From Macrostomum lignano (taxonomy: Eukaryota), in NCBI GenBank assembly GCA_002269645.1, contig NIVC01001464.1, forward strand, positions 1 through 64,000: a stretch of 64,000 nt of DNA, in the 5' to 3' direction. The notes under the pieces were generated by a model. That model was not told where the DNA came from and did no database searches. It worked only from the letters and a program-made list of their open reading frames with translations. Of the stretch, positions 60,720 to 64,000 are shown piece after piece; position 1 is the stretch's first letter, and each line of letters begins with the position of its first letter. A program made the translations under genes and the position numbers.

Positions 60720-61477
60720 CCCAGCTTCTGATATCCTGACCCAGCTTCTGACATCCTGACCCAGCTTCTGAAATCCTGACATAGCTTCTGGCATCCTGAC
60801 CCAGCTTCTGAAATCCTGACACAGCTTCTGACATCCTGACCCAGCTTCTGACATCCTGACCCAGCTTCTGACATCCTGACCCAGCTTCTGAAATCCTGAC
60901 ACAGCTTCTGACATCCTGACCCAGCTTCTGACATCCTGATCCAGCTCAGGCACCCTGATACTATAACTGGCCTCTGACACTACTAACAAGCAGCCTTAGG
61001 CATCCTATCAAAACGCCTTATACTACTAAGTATAGATCAGTTGGTAGTATGTACGAGCGTATGCTCAAAGATTTAACATCATAATAGCCATGGGGAACTC
61101 TGCTTTTTTACGAGAATCGCGCCAATTGCAGCACATTTTCTCTGCTCATAGTTCAGGTACACTAATGATTAAATAGGAAGTAGATAGTAAGAAATTTTGC
61201 AACTTTGTAGATTAATTTTTTGTGGATTAGATATAGCAACCATAGAGGATCTGGGCAGATGGATGATGGAGCTGAAGATCTGGGCAGCTGGGTGATGGAG
61301 CTGAAGATCTGGGCAGCTGGGTGATGGAGCTGGGGATCTGGGCAGCTGGGTGATGCTGAGGATCTGGGCAGCTGGTTGATGGAGCTGAAGATCTGGGCAG
61401 CTGGGTGATGGAGCTGAAGATCTGGGCAGCTGGGTGATGGAGCTGGGGATCTGGGCAGCTGGGTGATGGAGCTGAGA
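60720..61477. repeat. 20-bp (60720-60945) and 29-bp (61246-61477) arrays, partners of 24.96-26.16 kb
   Basis: Direct reading. Confidence 0.9.
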
Positions 61478-62692
61478 CCTCAGTATTGAAAGCGAAACCA
61501 ACACGGAGACAGTCAACTGACGAATCGCGTCAGATCTGAGTAAATATCGGGCTTATATTTGCAAACCAAAAGCTACATGGAGCGGCTGCAGAGCTCAGCT
61601 GCAAGGTGACGCAAGCACGCATTGTGGGGCAAAGACGAGAGCCACAGTAAAACAAATGAAAAAATATATTTTCCTAAAGCTCTTGAGAAAGCTGAAAAAT
61701 TTGGTGTGTGACCACTGCAGATACCTCTGTGCACCTCTGTCGGGGACAATAAAGTAAATATTGCACATTAGACACACCGATGCAAATGATACAAAAGTAT
61801 TTACACAAATCAGATTAGCAATCCAGAGCGGTGCAGTAAAAGCCGCTTCAATATCCGCTTGTTCCCAGCCAAGCAAGAGCATGAAAATTCTGCAGCTTGC
61901 AGGACCAGAGCACATTCTGAGCAAAACTGTGGGAGATCAAAAGGGCAGAGCAGAGATGAGCAAAAATGATGGAGAGCGGCCTCAGCTGAAACTGAGCCCA
62001 CAGCAACAGGAAATGACTGGCTGCTTGATTTGACTTTCTGTGCGCCAAATTCAATCGGGATAAGCAGATAAATTTAAACTGGGACTGAGTGAGCAGGAGG
62101 CCGTGCTGTGTACAGCTGCTGGGGATAAAGTGCATTGGCTGGTAGCGCTTATTGAGAATTTCACTGGCAGCTCAAGTTGATGGCGTGACAAAATGACAAG
62201 ATGGAACTGGGCGCTTAGGGCCTCGCATTCACAGGCAAAATACACCAATAAATAATATTTTAAGAATGATGCAATGAAACAAAAATTGAGCATCATAAAC
62301 GATCACCTCCATTATCCCCATGCTTTGCAGTCTTTTTTGTTGCCAGCACTTGGCAAAAGCTGGAACGCTACAAAAATACGCAATATTTGAGTGAGCTCAG
62401 GACAACAGAAATGTAACGAGCACCGCACATTTGTGCAATCAAAGTCCATAGAGTCATCGAATTCTACAGCAAAGCATTTTACTGGAAACACAGCAAGATG
62501 CAGTGCAGCAAAGATTCTGCAGTATTTTCTGAGTAGATCGGTAATTCTGCCATGGATTCACAGCTTCAGTTGGACTTCATTTAAACAGCAAAGTCTATGC
62601 AGAATCTTTGCTACACTGCAATTAATGCTGACAAACCATCATGCGAGTCTGTTTGACAGAAGCCAGTTTGGATGAATTTTAGCAGCAAGCGG

Positions 62693-64000
62693 TTAAACAT
62701 AGCTCAAATTTGGATCTTCCTCAGAGTGACTTCCCACCGAGGTGCTTTGGGACGCCTGCAACTGCAGAGGATGCACCAGAGGCGGCGGCGGCTGTGGTGC
62801 TGGAGGTGACGGCAGCGGAGGCGGTGGCGGCGGCGGAAGCTGTGGAAACGCATCATCAGCTTCTTCGCCCTGATTCGCCGGGGGTAATTCTGTCGCAATG
62901 TTGTGATACTGACGACGGCTGGCGTTAAAAAAGTACTCTGGATTTTGCACAGTCGATGTGTTGTGCGGCACTGTATTCGACTGCGTCTCCGGTGATCTGA
63001 GGGCTTCGTCCTGACTGCTGCTGGAATTCGCTCGAATCGGTCTCAAGTAGTCGTCATCAGATGTAGCAGCAGATGGCTGGTCATTCAGCTGAGAGAGCGG
63101 CTGTCCCTCTGCAGAGGCTTTGCATGGATCCGATGTATACTTGTTGTCAGAGTGCGAAGATAGTCGAGACTTTGCGACATTTACGTAGAACTGAGGGTCT
63201 TTCGGTTGAGCTCGAGGCTGCCTAGAAGCGATGCCACTAGCCCCGGCAGCAGCGGCGGCTGTTGAAACGGGTGGAGCTGTGGCGTAACCACTGTCACTGC
63301 CGATAGTCGGATGCGGCTGGGAAGTTGACGGCATTGATGTCTGCAGAAGACTTGGTTCGCCCCGAAACACGTCATTGTCCATGTCAGCTGTATCTAAAGC
63401 AGAGTAATTGCAGTCTTCAACTTCACCAGTTGGATTGAGCTCTGTTGAGTGAAGATGATTGATTGACGGCGATTTAGAACTCTCCGATCTGTGCTCAGTT
63501 GATCCGCTCTCATTTGATGGATTGCGAGCGTACTTGTCGCCTCTGATATAAACGTAGCGGCCAGGATCGTGATACATCTTCTTAAAGCTAGACTCAAGAT
63601 CATCAAATGTTGGTCTTTGCGACTCGTTGAGCATCCAGCATTTGATCATCAAAATGTATACATCAAGAGTACATATAGGCGGTTGAGGAAGACGCTCTCC
63701 TTTTTCTAAGTAGTCAGCAAGATCAGTTGGCTTAACGTTAACGTAAGGCGTATCACCAAACATGAAGATCTCCCACAATGTTACGCCATAAGCCCAAACA
63801 TCAGACTTATGAGAGAACTTCCGGCTAACTAAGCACTCAAGTGCAAGCCATTTTACAGGCAGTTTGCCTCCGGATGCCCTGTACTCTTCGTTTGGGTTAT
63901 CAAGCAACTTGGCTAATCCAAAATCTGTGATTTTGACGCACTTATTCGATGCGACAAGTACATTTCGACAAGCTAGATCGCGATGAATAATATTGCGTTG
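62693..64000 (-). CDS. EGFR: EGFR/ErbB-family receptor tyrosine kinase, kinase C-lobe and cytoplasmic tail (5' part outside the window)
   Basis: Frame open from 64000: IIHRDLACRNVLV...KITDFGLAKLLD...GGKLPVKWLALE...HKSDVWAYGVTLWEIFMFG...GERLPQPPICTLDVYILMIKCW...DPGRYVYI; tail YVNV, DDDYLRP, VQNPEYF; C-terminal SYV. Confidence 0.93.
   Translation of the reverse strand, partial: QRNIIHRDLACRNVLVASNKCVKITDFGLAKLLDNPNEEYRASGGKLPVKWLALECLVSRKFSHKSDVWAYGVTLWEIFMFGDTPYVNVKPTDLADYLEKGERLPQPPICTLDVYILMIKCWMLNESQRPTFDDLESSFKKMYHDPGRYVYIRGDKYARNPSNESGSTEHRSESSKSPSINHLHSTELNPTGEVEDCNYSALDTADMDNDVFRGEPSLLQTSMPSTSQPHPTIGSDSGYATAPPVSTAAAAAGASGIASRQPRAQPKDPQFYVNVAKSRLSSHSDNKYTSDPCKASAEGQPLSQLNDQPSAATSDDDYLRPIRANSSSSQDEALRSPETQSNTVPHNTSTVQNPEYFFNASRRQYHNIATELPPANQGEEADDAFPQLPPPPPPPLPSPPAPQPPPPLVHPLQLQASQSTSVGSHSEEDPNLSYV

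Larger units (their letters stand above)
49845..62427 (+). repeat. Segmental duplication, near-identical part of copy B (partner 15120-27104)
   Basis: See copy A. Confidence 0.92.

Overview
Eukaryotic (invertebrate animal) genomic DNA. GC-rich spliced genes with minisatellite-filled introns resemble the flatworm Macrostomum; this is inference only. The window is built around a direct segmental duplication. Each copy (A about 5.9-27.1 kb; B about 44.1-62.4 kb) carries a 3-exon ankyrin-repeat/Mab-21 (cGAS-like receptor, cGLR) nucleotidyltransferase gene on +, two different hnRNP A/B-type double-RRM genes on -, and the presumed 3' UTR/flank of an EGFR-family kinase whose C-terminal CDS closes the window. 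Copy B of the ANK-cGLR gene splices to an intact 1290-aa ORF. Copy A has about 29 near-identical ankyrin units (7 in B) with many 1-2 nt deletions confined to that array. The first 5 kb and the 17-kb spacer are mobile DNA and repeats: a Ty3/Gypsy 3' end nested in a LINE remnant, a Crypton-like fragment, two MITE types, a decayed Polinton/Maverick PLA2-integrase, a ZnF plus partial SET ORF, a 2.7-kb satellite, long polypyrimidine tracts and more than 20 minisatellite arrays. The best candidate for an undescribed system is the ANK-cGLR family: a copy-number-variable ankyrin array with hypervariable surface positions, fused to an NTase with intact catalytic motifs and an excess of amino-acid-changing differences between paralogs. 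No tRNA, rRNA or CRISPR array could be supported. Gene models and alignments were done by hand; repeat boundaries are approximate.
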